29,264 nucleotides of DNA from the NCBI GenBank assembly GCA_031409655.1, contig JANNXQ010000247.1:1-29264 (forward strand), written 5' to 3'. Of the stretch, positions 17,421-27,028 are shown one piece after another. The position numbers and the translations under genes were made by a program. Positions within the stretch are counted from its first letter, which is position 1. Each line of letters opens with the position of its first letter. Origin of the DNA: Chthoniobacteraceae bacterium. GTDB taxonomy: Bacteria; Verrucomicrobiota; Verrucomicrobiia; Chthoniobacterales; Chthoniobacteraceae. The notes below the pieces were generated by a model. The model did not search any database, was not told the DNA's origin, and worked only from the letters and a program-made list of their open reading frames with translations.

Positions 17421-20290
17421 ACCGCCCCCCAATCCACGAGCATCTTCGCCGCTCGCTTAGTCTCCGGAAAATCCCGCAGCTTCTCATTGCGCATCATCTC
17501 CTTGAGGTGGCCCACGGCCTCGGGGCGTTTGCCGAGTTTATCAAAGCAATCCGCACTCCGCACATACGCCTTGGCCGCCCACGGCAGGAATTTCTGATAG
17601 GCCACAAACACGCGCTGGTAGTGGGCGACGGCTTCGGCCCAGCGGCCTTGCTGCGCCTCAATCTCGCCGAGGTAAAAAATCGCTTGCGCCGTCGATTCGC
17701 CGCGCCACTCGCGGATCCCCGCCACTTGCTCAAAGCCCTTCTTTGCCTCGGCATACTGTTTGAGTTCGAGCTGCGCGCGCGCCCGTCCGATCGTCGCCTC
17801 CTTGATCTTCGAGGCCGCGATCTCATCCGCGGCGTGGGTGAAAAGTTCGAGCGCCTTTTTGGGATCACCTGCCGCGAGCGCGAGTTCGCCGAGGCCGACG
17901 TAGGCATAGTCGAGGTAGTCGCTTTTCGGATAATCCTCGCGCAAATCTCCGAACATCCTGGCCGCTTTGTCGCGGTCGCCTTTGGCCAGCGCGTAGTCCC
18001 CGACGCTGGCGAGCAGCACCGGGCTCAGGGACTCGGGCGGAAAACGGTTCGCCAGTTCGATGAACAGATCCGGCGTCTCGGCTTCGCGCTTGAGCAGCTT
18101 CAGGAGTTCGATCTGGGTATAGACCAGCCGCGCTTTGCCCGTGTTGTTCGCAATTTCGTCGAGCGGTGCGACCTGCTTCTTCAGCTCCGCCACAGCATCG
18201 TAGGGTGGCAGCGGCGCCGGGGTTTCGGGCGGGGGTAAAGGTGCGGCACCGGGCGCGGCAGTCGGCGCGGGTGGCGGTGTTGCGGGCCGCGGACGCTTCG
18301 AGCAGAGCTGCGCGAGTTGCTGGAGCAGTTGCTCGACGGCCTCGCGCTTCGGCTCGTTCAGGTAACGCTTGAGCTGCTCGACCAGGAACGTCTTCGCCTC
18401 CTCGGTCTTACCCTCGCGCGCCTTCGCCTTGCCGATCCAAAACATCGCCGCGACCACCGTCGGATGATCCGGCTTCGCCTGCACGAACTCCTCGAACATC
18501 TGCGCGACCTCGGGCCACTTGCCCTGCTTCTGGAGTTGCTTGCTTGCCTCGAAGATCGCGTAGTTCAGCACCTCGTCGCTGGTCGCGCGCTGATACGACT
18601 GCTGGTACGCTTCCGCCGCCTCCTCCGTCCGGCTCTCCGCCGCGAGCGCATCGCCGAGCAGGGAAAAAACCTCACCCGCGATGAGATCGTTCGGATACGC
18701 CTGCTGCCAGGCCTGGGCATCGGCGATAACCTCGTTGTAGAGCGACGCCGCGTATTTGCAGACCATCACGCGGTAACCTGCATCGCCCGCAAAGGCGCCC
18801 CCTTTATACTCCTGGAGATAGGCATTCAGCTTACCCAGCGCCTCTTCGTATTTCCCCTGAAAGAGCAGGGTCAGCGCCTCGCGATACGCAGCCTCCTCGG
18901 CAAAGCCACCCTTCGGAAAATCCTTCACATATCGCGCGTATTGCTTCCGCGCTTCCTCGAACTCGCCCTGCATGAACTGCGCATTCCCCAGCAGGAAACG
19001 CATCTGCTCGCGGAACTCACTGTCCGGCTGCTGCTCGAGCATCATGCCGAAGAAGGACACCGCACTTTTCGGATCGTTATTCTGTAACGCGGACGCACCC
19101 TTGAGATAACCGACGGTCGCGGCGTTCGGCCCTTTCGGATACTTCGCGAGATACTCGTCGCAGAGCTTCAGCGTGCGCGCGGAGCGATTCAGATCGGCGT
19201 AACACACCAGCGTCGAATAGAGCGCCGGTTCGCTTTCCTTCGCCTCGGGGTGCTCGGTCAGCAGCCGGTCAAAGGCCACGATCGCCTCCCACTTCTTATC
19301 CCAGTCGTACCAGACCTTGGCATTGCGGAAGAGGATCGCCGGCCAGTAGTCGGGCAGCTTCGAGAATTCCTCGAGCAACTGCTTCGCCTGCTCCTGCTGC
19401 AGCTCGATCTCCCGGTTCGCGCCCGTCGCCGCCAAAAAGGCCTGCGGATTGCCTCGCGCGGCGTCGAGATTGGCCTGCATCCGTTTGTCCATCGCCGCGA
19501 TGCGCGCGCCTTGGAAAGCGAGCACCTGGTCGCGCGTCCGCACCACCCGGTAAGCCGCCAGCGCCTGGGTGTAACTCTTCTTCTCCGCGAGTTCGTCGCC
19601 GAGCTTCACGGTCAGCGCATTCAGCGCGACCACGTTGTCCACCAGCGCCACGCGGGCGTGCAGGGTGTTGATCAGGGCGAGCACTTTGTCGGACTCGTTC
19701 TTCGTCAGGTAAAGTTCGGCGAGTGTCACCGCGCTCGTCGCCTGCACCGGCGATTTGATCTCCGGCTGGATGAGCTTCTCGATGACCCGGATCTGGTCGT
19801 CGGGCCGGTTGAGCTGCTTGAAGCATTCCGCCTGCGCCGCCAGCGCCTGATCGCGCAGGGCCGGCGCCGACTCCAGCGCCGCTAAGGCCTTCGCCGCACC
19901 GTCGTAGTCCTTGCTCAGAAACATCGCCCGCGCGCTGGCCAGCCGCGCTTCCCCGACCCGCTCCGCCTGCGGATACTGCGTGAGGTAGGTCTTAAAGGTC
20001 GCGATCGCCTTGGCGTAGTTCTTCCCATTGAAGTACGCCGCGCCGAGCGTGAAGAAGAGCGGTCCGATCTTCGCTCGCTCGACCGGATCGGTAATCGTCG
20101 CAATCACCTTCTCGAGCCCCTCCGCCGCTTCCGTCCACTTGCCCGCATTGAACGCCGCTAGGGCCGCATTGTGCATCGCCGCGAGTTCCATCGCCGCCGA
20201 TTGCTGTAGCGCCGGCTGCTGCGCCGATCCAGGCGCGATCCAGGCCAGGAGCGCTGCGGCAAAGAGCGGGGGGAGTGAAGTGAGGCGCAC
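17417..20290 (-). CDS. Large exported TPR-solenoid protein (about 957 aa)
   Basis: Many TPR/BamD-like repeats (YLTQYPQ, LLTEHPE, YLAKYPKG, YVKDFPKG, LREDYPKS). Probable GTG start at 20290 gives a signal peptide (MRLTSLPPLFAAALLAWIAPGSA|QQ). Internal Pro/Ala linker. Confidence 0.8.
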
Positions 20291-20390
20291 TGGGGAGATG
20301 TTCGTTATATCAGGACGACCGTTGGGGTAAAGCCCCAAGGATTCGGCTGCTGCGTTCGGAATCAGACAGGCGAAGAATTGCGCGTCGAGT

Positions 20391-20768
20391 TCAACGCTGA
20401 AGGCGTGGCAGAATACAGACGGGGGTGCAGCGAGGGAAGAGCGCAACCTCGCAAAAAAGCGGCGCGCGCCCCGAAGCTGGCGCACAGAGCGAATCGAACC
20501 CTTCCATCGCCGATCCGGCGGGCACGTCTTCCCACGTCTGCGCCTTCGTCGCCTTGTACCTCTTCCCGAACCTCGCAATGTCCGGCACCAGCACTGGCTC
20601 CGTTCCCTCGCGCTGGAGCCAGTAGTTGCGGCTCTCGTTCCGAGCCGGACCGCCGAAGATGGCTTCGTCAAACGGCCCCTCGAATTCCCCTCCGGGACCG
20701 CCCATGAGCACCACCGCGCGTTGCCCCGGTCGGACTTCCCGTCCGTGCTGGAAGAAGCGATTGCACAT
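20391..20768 (-). CDS. Hypothetical protein with a SRAP-like N-terminus (MCNRF), possibly truncated or degenerate at the 3' end
   Basis: ATG at 20768. MCNRF and ARNES resemble SRAP MCGRF and NARxET. The tail after SAMEG does not look conserved. Confidence 0.4.
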   Translation of the reverse strand: MCNRFFQHGREVRPGQRAVVLMGGPGGEFEGPFDEAIFGGPARNESRNYWLQREGTEPVLVPDIARFGKRYKATKAQTWEDVPAGSAMEGFDSLCAPASGRAPLFCEVALFPRCTPVCILPRLQR

Positions 20769-20868
20769 GGCGGGAGCCAGCCTACGTGCAGACGACCTCT
20801 TGCGGCAATGGGGAGCCGGGAAGAAAGAGCCATTCGCTCTGTCCGTTTTCCTGCTTACCCAAGACAGC

Positions 20869-21020
20869 CTACTGCGGCGGAAACACGGTGAAGGGCAGAT
20901 GCGCCTCGGTGAGCACGGCCTTGAAATATTTTTCGGCGCTTTGCGGGCGCGCAGTTCGCGGCGTGCGGTGTGGAAGTCACCCTCCGCTTTGCTGACCCAC
21001 TTCGCCGTTTCCGGATTCGT
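20869..21020 (-). pseudogene. HEPN-domain toxin remnant
   Basis: (ACG)NPETAKWVSKAEGDFHTARRELRARKAP, then AEKYFKAVLTEAHLPF in another frame. The start is ACG, an internal segment is missing and there is an early stop. Confidence 0.75.
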
Positions 21021-21185
21021 AGCGGGGCGAGCCGCGTTCGAGAATCTTGTGCACGAAGCCGTCGCCGGTCGCGAGCCGGTTTCGGACCGGCGCTCAGGGG
21101 AGCGAACCAGCAAGTCGAGCGGAAACCCGGCCGGCACTTTGAGTTCGAACTCCGCGGGTTGGTAAGCCAGATGACCGCGTCGCGA
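20977..21185 (-). pseudogene. Minimal nucleotidyltransferase (MNT) antitoxin remnant
   Basis: RGHLAYQPAEFELKVPAGFPLDLLVRSPER, a frameshift, then VRNRLATGDGFVHKILERGSPRYE. The N-terminal GS...DxD part is absent. Confidence 0.7.
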
Positions 21186-21277
21186 TCTGCCCGTCGAAGA
21201 ATCCCGTTCGATTTTCAAACTTCCGGACCGTTGCCGGGTTGTGCCAGGGCGCCGTGGCGCTTAACCTTACTTCTTCC

Positions 21278-22837
21278 ATGATCCGCCTGCTCCTCCTTCT
21301 TTCATTTGTTCTCAGCCTTGGAGTCCGCGCTGCCGAGCGCCCGAATATCCTCTTCATCATTTTCGACGACTGGAATGGCAGCACCCATGCCAGCGCTTAT
21401 GGCTGCGAGTGGGTGAAGACGCCGAACTTTGACCGCGTCGCCCGCGAAGGCGTGCTTTTCAAAAACGCCTTTACCTCGAACCCAAAGTGCAGCCCGTGCC
21501 GCGCGAGCATCCTCACGGGACGGAATACCTGGCAGCTTGAGGAGGCGGTTTCGCACGGGGGTTATTTCCCAAAGAACTATGAGGTCTATCCCGATCTGCT
21601 CGAGACGGCGGGCTACGCGGTCGGCCTCACGGGGAAAGGGTGGGGGCCGGGTGACTTCAAGACGCTGGCGGGGCGCACGCGCAATCCGGCGGGGCCGGGC
21701 TTTGATACAAAGACGCAGGCGGTGCCGGCGACGGCGATTGGCAATAAAGACTACGTGGGCAACTTTGAGGACTTCCTCAAGCAGCGGCCCGCGGACAAAC
21801 CTTTCTGTTTCTGGATGGGCTTTACGGAACCGCACCGCGCCTACGAACCTGGCTCGGGGCTGCGGCTCGGGAAAAAACTGGAGGAAGTGAAGGTCCCGGC
21901 GTTTTTACCCGACACGGAGATCGTGCGCAGCGATCTGCTGGACTACGCCGTGGAGGTGGAGTGGGGCGACACCCAGATCGGCCGTGCGCTCGAAGTGCTG
22001 AAGGCCGCGGGGCAGCTCGACAATACGCTGATCGTCGTCACGTCCGATCACGGGATGCCGTTTCCTTTTGTGAAAGGGCAGATCCACGAGGATGCCTTTC
22101 ACCTGCCGCTGGCGATGCGCTGGGGTGCGGGGATCAAGCCGGGGCGGGTCGTCGAGGACTTTGTCAATGTGCGCGATTTTGCGCCGACTTACCTGGAACT
22201 CGCGGGCCTCCAGCCGCCCGCGCAGATGACCGGAAAGAGTCTCGTGAAGATCATCCGCTCGGAAAAAAGCGGCTGGATCGAGAACCGCAACACCATGCTC
22301 GCCGGCAAAGAACGCCACGACCTCGGGCGACCGAACGACTGGGGTTACCCAGTGCGCGCATTGCGGACAAAGGAGTTTCTCTACGTTCACAATTTCCATC
22401 CCGAACGCTGGCCGGCGGGCAATCCCGAGACGGACTTCGGGAACTGCGATCCCGGCCCGACGAAGGAAGTCGTGAAGGCGCTCGGCGGTTACTTTTACGA
22501 TCTCTCCTTTGGCAAGCGCCTGCCGGATGAACTCTACAACATCGTGCGCGATCCCGAGTGCGTGATGAACCTGGCCAACGACCTCGCGCACACTGAGACG
22601 CTGCACGCGCTCAAATATCAGATGATGGAAATGCTCAAGGCAGACCAAGATCCGCGCGCGCTCGGCAACGCGGCGATCTTCGATACCTATCAGTATGTGG
22701 GCAGTCGTACCAAGGGTTACGAGACCTGGCTCAAAGCGCAGGAGCCGAAACTCCAGGAAGCGGTGCAGGCCGCAGCCGAGCAGCAGGCCGCCCAAAAAAA
22801 GGGCCGTAAAAAAGGCGCGCTGGCCCCGGAGAACTAA
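21278..22837 (+). CDS. Secreted Cys-type sulfatase (N-sulfoglucosamine sulfohydrolase-like)
   Basis: Signal peptide; RPNILFIIFDD; CSPCRASILTG (CxPxR); GKGWGPG; EPHR; TSDHG; ELYN. Confidence 0.92.
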   Translation: MIRLLLLLSFVLSLGVRAAERPNILFIIFDDWNGSTHASAYGCEWVKTPNFDRVAREGVLFKNAFTSNPKCSPCRASILTGRNTWQLEEAVSHGGYFPKNYEVYPDLLETAGYAVGLTGKGWGPGDFKTLAGRTRNPAGPGFDTKTQAVPATAIGNKDYVGNFEDFLKQRPADKPFCFWMGFTEPHRAYEPGSGLRLGKKLEEVKVPAFLPDTEIVRSDLLDYAVEVEWGDTQIGRALEVLKAAGQLDNTLIVVTSDHGMPFPFVKGQIHEDAFHLPLAMRWGAGIKPGRVVEDFVNVRDFAPTYLELAGLQPPAQMTGKSLVKIIRSEKSGWIENRNTMLAGKERHDLGRPNDWGYPVRALRTKEFLYVHNFHPERWPAGNPETDFGNCDPGPTKEVVKALGGYFYDLSFGKRLPDELYNIVRDPECVMNLANDLAHTETLHALKYQMMEMLKADQDPRALGNAAIFDTYQYVGSRTKGYETWLKAQEPKLQEAVQAAAEQQAAQKKGRKKGALAPEN

Positions 22838-22840
22838 TCA

Positions 22841-22864
22841 AGGAGCAGGGGTGCCCTGACTCCT
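22841..22864. terminator. Hairpin between convergent genes
   Basis: AGGAG-CAGGG-gtg-CCCTG-a-CTCCT; no clear U-tract. Confidence 0.35.
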
Positions 22865-22869
22865 GGCCT

Positions 22870-24147
22870 TTAGAACTTCAGGTTCGCAAAGACGCTGCCT
22901 TCATCCCCGGAGGACAAATTCCGACGGATGTCGCCCCGCGCGTAACTTACCCCGATCGTCAGGTTGCGATTCAGGCGCGCGCTCAGGGTGTAGCGCCCGG
23001 AGAAGTGATCTTCACCCGAGGGGAGCAGATCGGAGTAGGCGTAGCTACCAGTCAGGCTGGAGACGAGCCACTCGGTGTGGTGGTGGTAAAGCTGGAGAAC
23101 GGCGGTGACCTGATCACCTTGCAAATCCCCGACGCCGGCATCCCAAAAGTGCGTGTAATCCAGCTCGGCGAGCAGGGTCCACTTTGGCGAGATCCCCCAG
23201 CGCACATACGGCCCGATCCGGAGACGATTCGACTCGTCAGCGAAACCCATGAGCCCCTGCACCCCGAGCACGAGGCGCGTGGTGGGATATCGTTCGTACA
23301 TAAAGCCCGCGCCGTATTCACGGCGCTTTTCCTCTTCCTCGAAAGTGGGCGCAAAGACAAAGGCCGACGTGAGCCAGTTTTTCTTCCATGCAAAATACTT
23401 GAGCTGCAAAGGGAAGTCGTAAATCCCGTCCCGATTCAGATGCAGGAAGTAACTCGTGTAATCGTCGAGTTGAAGCCCGAGCGGGAGATAGTCGCGCCCG
23501 ATCGCCACTTCGCTGCCGCCGCTTGCGCCTTTGCCTTTGATGCGCCACTCGAGCATTAGCTTCTTGAGGAAGACATTTCGCCCACCCGTCGCCGTGAGAT
23601 GCGGTCCGAGCTTGGTGTCGTGGAGTTCCGTGTCGCGCAGGCCCACCTCGTAGTTCACGCGAAAGTTCTGCTTCGCTCCGACAAAGATGATCTGCCGAAA
23701 CAGGGCCGAAAACGTCGGATCCGTTTTGTTCGCGTCGAATTCCTGATTGATCCGACCGGTCAGCACCAGATCCGTGAGCACGTTGCCAAACTGCCCGTCC
23801 CAATCGCCCGTCGCGTACTTTGCATCGATGATTTTCCCCAGGGCCTGTGCCGTGAAATCGAGGTCGGACAAACTCTGCTCCATGTCGATGCCGCGCCCGT
23901 AACCCTTCAGCAGGCCGCGACCTTGCACCGAGACGTGGCAGGCGATGCAACTCGTGTGACCGTAGCTGATCATCCGCGGATGGGCGTCCACGCGTGCCGC
24001 CGGCAGCAGGGTCAGACCGGTCACCGCCGCGAGTGCGCTGCGGAGAGCGCGGAGCAGGGGATTTGGAAGTGCGGGTTGGTTGAATTTCACGAGCGAATAT
24101 TTTTGTTCAGAGCGAACGGCGGTATTTCGGCTCCACGTTTGCCTCAT
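22870..24147 (-). CDS. Outer-membrane beta-barrel protein with an N-terminal monoheme c motif (cytochrome-porin fusion); start may be GTG 24090
   Basis: Signal ...AARVDA|HP; CIACH at 23935-23949; alternating amphipathic strands; C-terminal VFANLKF. Confidence 0.7.
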   Translation of the reverse strand: MRQTWSRNTAVRSEQKYSLVKFNQPALPNPLLRALRSALAAVTGLTLLPAARVDAHPRMISYGHTSCIACHVSVQGRGLLKGYGRGIDMEQSLSDLDFTAQALGKIIDAKYATGDWDGQFGNVLTDLVLTGRINQEFDANKTDPTFSALFRQIIFVGAKQNFRVNYEVGLRDTELHDTKLGPHLTATGGRNVFLKKLMLEWRIKGKGASGGSEVAIGRDYLPLGLQLDDYTSYFLHLNRDGIYDFPLQLKYFAWKKNWLTSAFVFAPTFEEEEKRREYGAGFMYERYPTTRLVLGVQGLMGFADESNRLRIGPYVRWGISPKWTLLAELDYTHFWDAGVGDLQGDQVTAVLQLYHHHTEWLVSSLTGSYAYSDLLPSGEDHFSGRYTLSARLNRNLTIGVSYARGDIRRNLSSGDEGSVFANLKF

Positions 24148-24241
24148 GCTGATCCTGAGGTCACTGCAAATCCGGGAATTGGATCAAACCTCATCCAAAT
24201 CCCGGACCCGAAGCGTGAGGATCACGCCGGGACCGCTGGCT

Positions 24242-26878
24242 CTACCGGTTCTCGACTTTGAACCGCTTCGCCACGATCGCCGTGGCTTCCTCCAGTCCCG
24301 TCTTCGCAGGCAGGCCGTAGTAGATGGAGACGTAGGTGTGGTCGCGGGCAGCGTGCGCGCTGAGGGCGTAGATGTTTCCCTCCAGATGGCGAAAGACTTT
24401 GTAGGTCAGCGCGTAGATCGCGCCGTCGGCATTGTGCGCGGTCTCGAAGCGCAGGCATTGCTTCCCGGCGCGCGTTTCCGTGACGGTGAAGCGGCCGTCG
24501 ATCCGCGGCAGGTTCGCTTCGTCGGTGTCGGCGACGTGGCGTCGGGCGCGGATGGCGTCTTCGACGATCGCGGGCAGATCCCGGCGGAGCGGCTTTTCGC
24601 TAGGGGCGAGGTGGAAGAAGTCGAGCGCGAGGCCGTGGTTCATGGCGGAGAAAAGATGCGCCTGCCGGAGATCGACCCCGCTGTGCCAGAGCGCACCGGC
24701 GATCGACGCAGCCACCCCCCGATAGTCCCGCGCGGCGACGCCGAGCATGATCGAGGTGCCGTCGGGGATGAGGGCGGCCTTCGGTCCAGCGGGGTCCGCG
24801 GGATCTGCCAGCCGGATGAGATGCGACCCAAAGCGGATGGCGTGCAGACCATACGAGCCGCTGAAAAAATCCTCGCCGATGTCGCGCAGGATGGTGAGTT
24901 CCTCCTCCCCGTAGCCGTCGGCCATCAAGGCGCGGGCGCGATCCGGCCGGGGGCGAAAGGTCGCCGAGGACTTGGCGTAAAGCTCGCGGATGTTCCACCA
25001 ACGCACCGGCTCGGCCACGGCGGATTCCCAGTCCGCGCGATCCGCACAGGTAAAGACGAAGAGCGCCCGCAACCGCTGTTCATCGCGGCAGCGCTGCGCG
25101 AAATCCAGCACCCGCTCGTCGTCGTTGACGCCAGCCTCGGCCACTTCCTTAAAAGTGCGCCGGTTCGCCACCAGGAACCGCACGATCTCCAGGGTCGCGG
25201 GGGTGAATTCGCACTCGGATTCGTAAGGCGTGAAGTAGTCCGGCAGTGAGATGCCGGAAAAGCCCGAGGCATGGCGCTCGTGCAGCGGACGCGTGAGGTC
25301 CGCGCGGGCAGCCACATCGTCTGGGGTCAGCGGGAGTCTCTTGGTCTTGAGCGCGAGTTTCACCGCCGCACGGTGGTCCGGATCGAGCAATGCTGCCTCG
25401 ATCGCCCGCATCGCGTAGTCATCCTCAGCGGCGGTCTTTTCCAGAGAGACAGAGGTCGCGAGGAGTTGGGTGCCCTCGATCACGTATTGCTCGAGGACGT
25501 GCATCTTCTGCCGCTCAAGTGCGCCGCGCAGCGACTGGCGCTCACTCATCACCCGGCCATCGAGCGAGGACTCAAATTTCCCGTAGCCAGAAAAGAGCCG
25601 ATCCTCAGCGCCGTCGATCTGGGCGAGGAACTCGAAGGACTTTGCGAGGCTGCCACGCGGCTCGTAGAAGAGCTCCGAAACCTCCGGCACGCGGACCAGC
25701 CAATCACCGGCATTGCGAAAGGTGGCGTGCAACTCCGCCAGATCGATCTCCACACCGTAACGCTGCGAGGCGAGGAGCAGCGAGAGCGCCGCGCGGCTTC
25801 GTTCCCGCGCCGATTGACCCTGGTCGGAGGTCGAGTGGCGGAGGCCGTTGCTCCCGTAGATGATGGCACTCCCCGGCACCACTGCGCGCCCGGCACCCAG
25901 TTCGCGTTCGATCACCCCCTTCGTAAATACGGCCACCCGCCGCCTCGCGGAGAGCAGGCGCGAGCGCACCACATCGGCAAACTCAAACCGCGTCCCCACA
26001 TCGCTCTGCGGCCCGAGCATTTCTCCGTAAGCCACCGAATCCTCAAACCTCAATAGGTCTTCGGGATGATTGCCCTCCTTACCCCCACGGCCACCGGGCG
26101 GACGACGGAGATGCACCCAGGCCCGGATGCGCAGCAGGAAATCATAAGCCGCCAGGTCGCGCGGATCCTCCAGCGTGCGATAGACCTCTTGGCTGTGGCT
26201 GAAGGTCTTTCCGGCGAGCGTCCAGATCCCCCCGAGAAAAACGCGCAGACCGTCATTCTTGATATCAAAGCGATCCAGCCGTTCGCTCCCGGCACCGGCG
26301 GCCTCCCACTGATCTTCCCAAAATCCGCGCAGATGCAGGAAGTGCTCAAACGGATCGTAAGTCGCCCGGATGCGTTCGCGGAAGCGCTCCGTCAGCCCCC
26401 CCGGATCGAACACCGCGCGCATGTCGAGGAAGGAGTTGAGCTGCTTTTCCGCCAGGGCCGGTACGTCATCAAGGCCAAAGGGCAGCGCGGCGTAGCCGAA
26501 GCCATACTGCTCGCGGAATTCCTCCGTGTGCAGGGTCTGCCGCTGGAGTTCGAGCAGGAAGGCATTGCCCTCGATGGCCTCATCGAAAAGAAACGCTAAG
26601 TCCAGGTCCGAACACGGCGTCACCTCCGCGCGACCCGTCCCGCCGAGCGCGACCACCGCAAAGGGTTTCGAGTACCCGTGCATTCGCAGTTGCGCCTCCG
26701 CCCAGTGGGCGATCAGAGCTGTATGGATGGCCGTACGCGCGTTGACCAGCGCCCGGCCATTCTCGAGTTCCGCGCCACGGATCAGGGCATCGTTTTCGGC
26801 GATCAGCCGACGATACGCCTCCAGCGGCCCGCCTTCGCGGAGCACTGCGAAGACGTGAGCTTCGTCTGCGACGATCAT
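24242..26878 (-). CDS. Divergent GlnD-like [protein-PII] uridylyltransferase
   Basis: VALGGTGRAEVTPCSDLDL (NTase); DIKNDGLR; AYDFLLRIRAWVHL; LRALFVFTCAD; ACT-like RDYRGVAASIAGAL. 878 aa, a GlnD-like size. Confidence 0.7.
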   Translation of the reverse strand: MIVADEAHVFAVLREGGPLEAYRRLIAENDALIRGAELENGRALVNARTAIHTALIAHWAEAQLRMHGYSKPFAVVALGGTGRAEVTPCSDLDLAFLFDEAIEGNAFLLELQRQTLHTEEFREQYGFGYAALPFGLDDVPALAEKQLNSFLDMRAVFDPGGLTERFRERIRATYDPFEHFLHLRGFWEDQWEAAGAGSERLDRFDIKNDGLRVFLGGIWTLAGKTFSHSQEVYRTLEDPRDLAAYDFLLRIRAWVHLRRPPGGRGGKEGNHPEDLLRFEDSVAYGEMLGPQSDVGTRFEFADVVRSRLLSARRRVAVFTKGVIERELGAGRAVVPGSAIIYGSNGLRHSTSDQGQSARERSRAALSLLLASQRYGVEIDLAELHATFRNAGDWLVRVPEVSELFYEPRGSLAKSFEFLAQIDGAEDRLFSGYGKFESSLDGRVMSERQSLRGALERQKMHVLEQYVIEGTQLLATSVSLEKTAAEDDYAMRAIEAALLDPDHRAAVKLALKTKRLPLTPDDVAARADLTRPLHERHASGFSGISLPDYFTPYESECEFTPATLEIVRFLVANRRTFKEVAEAGVNDDERVLDFAQRCRDEQRLRALFVFTCADRADWESAVAEPVRWWNIRELYAKSSATFRPRPDRARALMADGYGEEELTILRDIGEDFFSGSYGLHAIRFGSHLIRLADPADPAGPKAALIPDGTSIMLGVAARDYRGVAASIAGALWHSGVDLRQAHLFSAMNHGLALDFFHLAPSEKPLRRDLPAIVEDAIRARRHVADTDEANLPRIDGRFTVTETRAGKQCLRFETAHNADGAIYALTYKVFRHLEGNIYALSAHAARDHTYVSIYYGLPAKTGLEEATAIVAKRFKVENR

Positions 26879-27028
26879 GGCGGAACTCTCGCACCGAATC
26901 GGCGCACGTCACAAGCATCGCGTGCTCCTATTGCGGCGAGCCAAAAATGGAGCGACGACACTTTCGGCCAAGAAAGGCGGGGCAAAATCGGCGGCGACTT
27001 CTATTTACTCCTGCACCTTCATCTTCCT

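Noticed and set aside
20430..20458. GCGAGG...CCTCGC hairpin followed by an A-run as a terminator or riboswitch
   Set aside because: No U-tract follows the stem on either strand, the stem is short, and no aptamer consensus was recognised.
20291..20833. 181-aa N-terminal extension of the large TPR ORF (1138 aa in the track)
   Set aside because: It is Arg-rich and non-protein-like, and overlaps another ORF. The signal peptide begins at GTG 20290.
20391..21218. 275-aa ORF as a single fusion protein
   Set aside because: It is a chance in-frame chain of an MNT fragment, a HEPN fragment and the MCNRF ORF.
26678..27028. N-terminal extension of the 329-aa ORF
   Set aside because: It overlaps the divergent GlnD-like gene. 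The signal peptide starts at ATG 27029.
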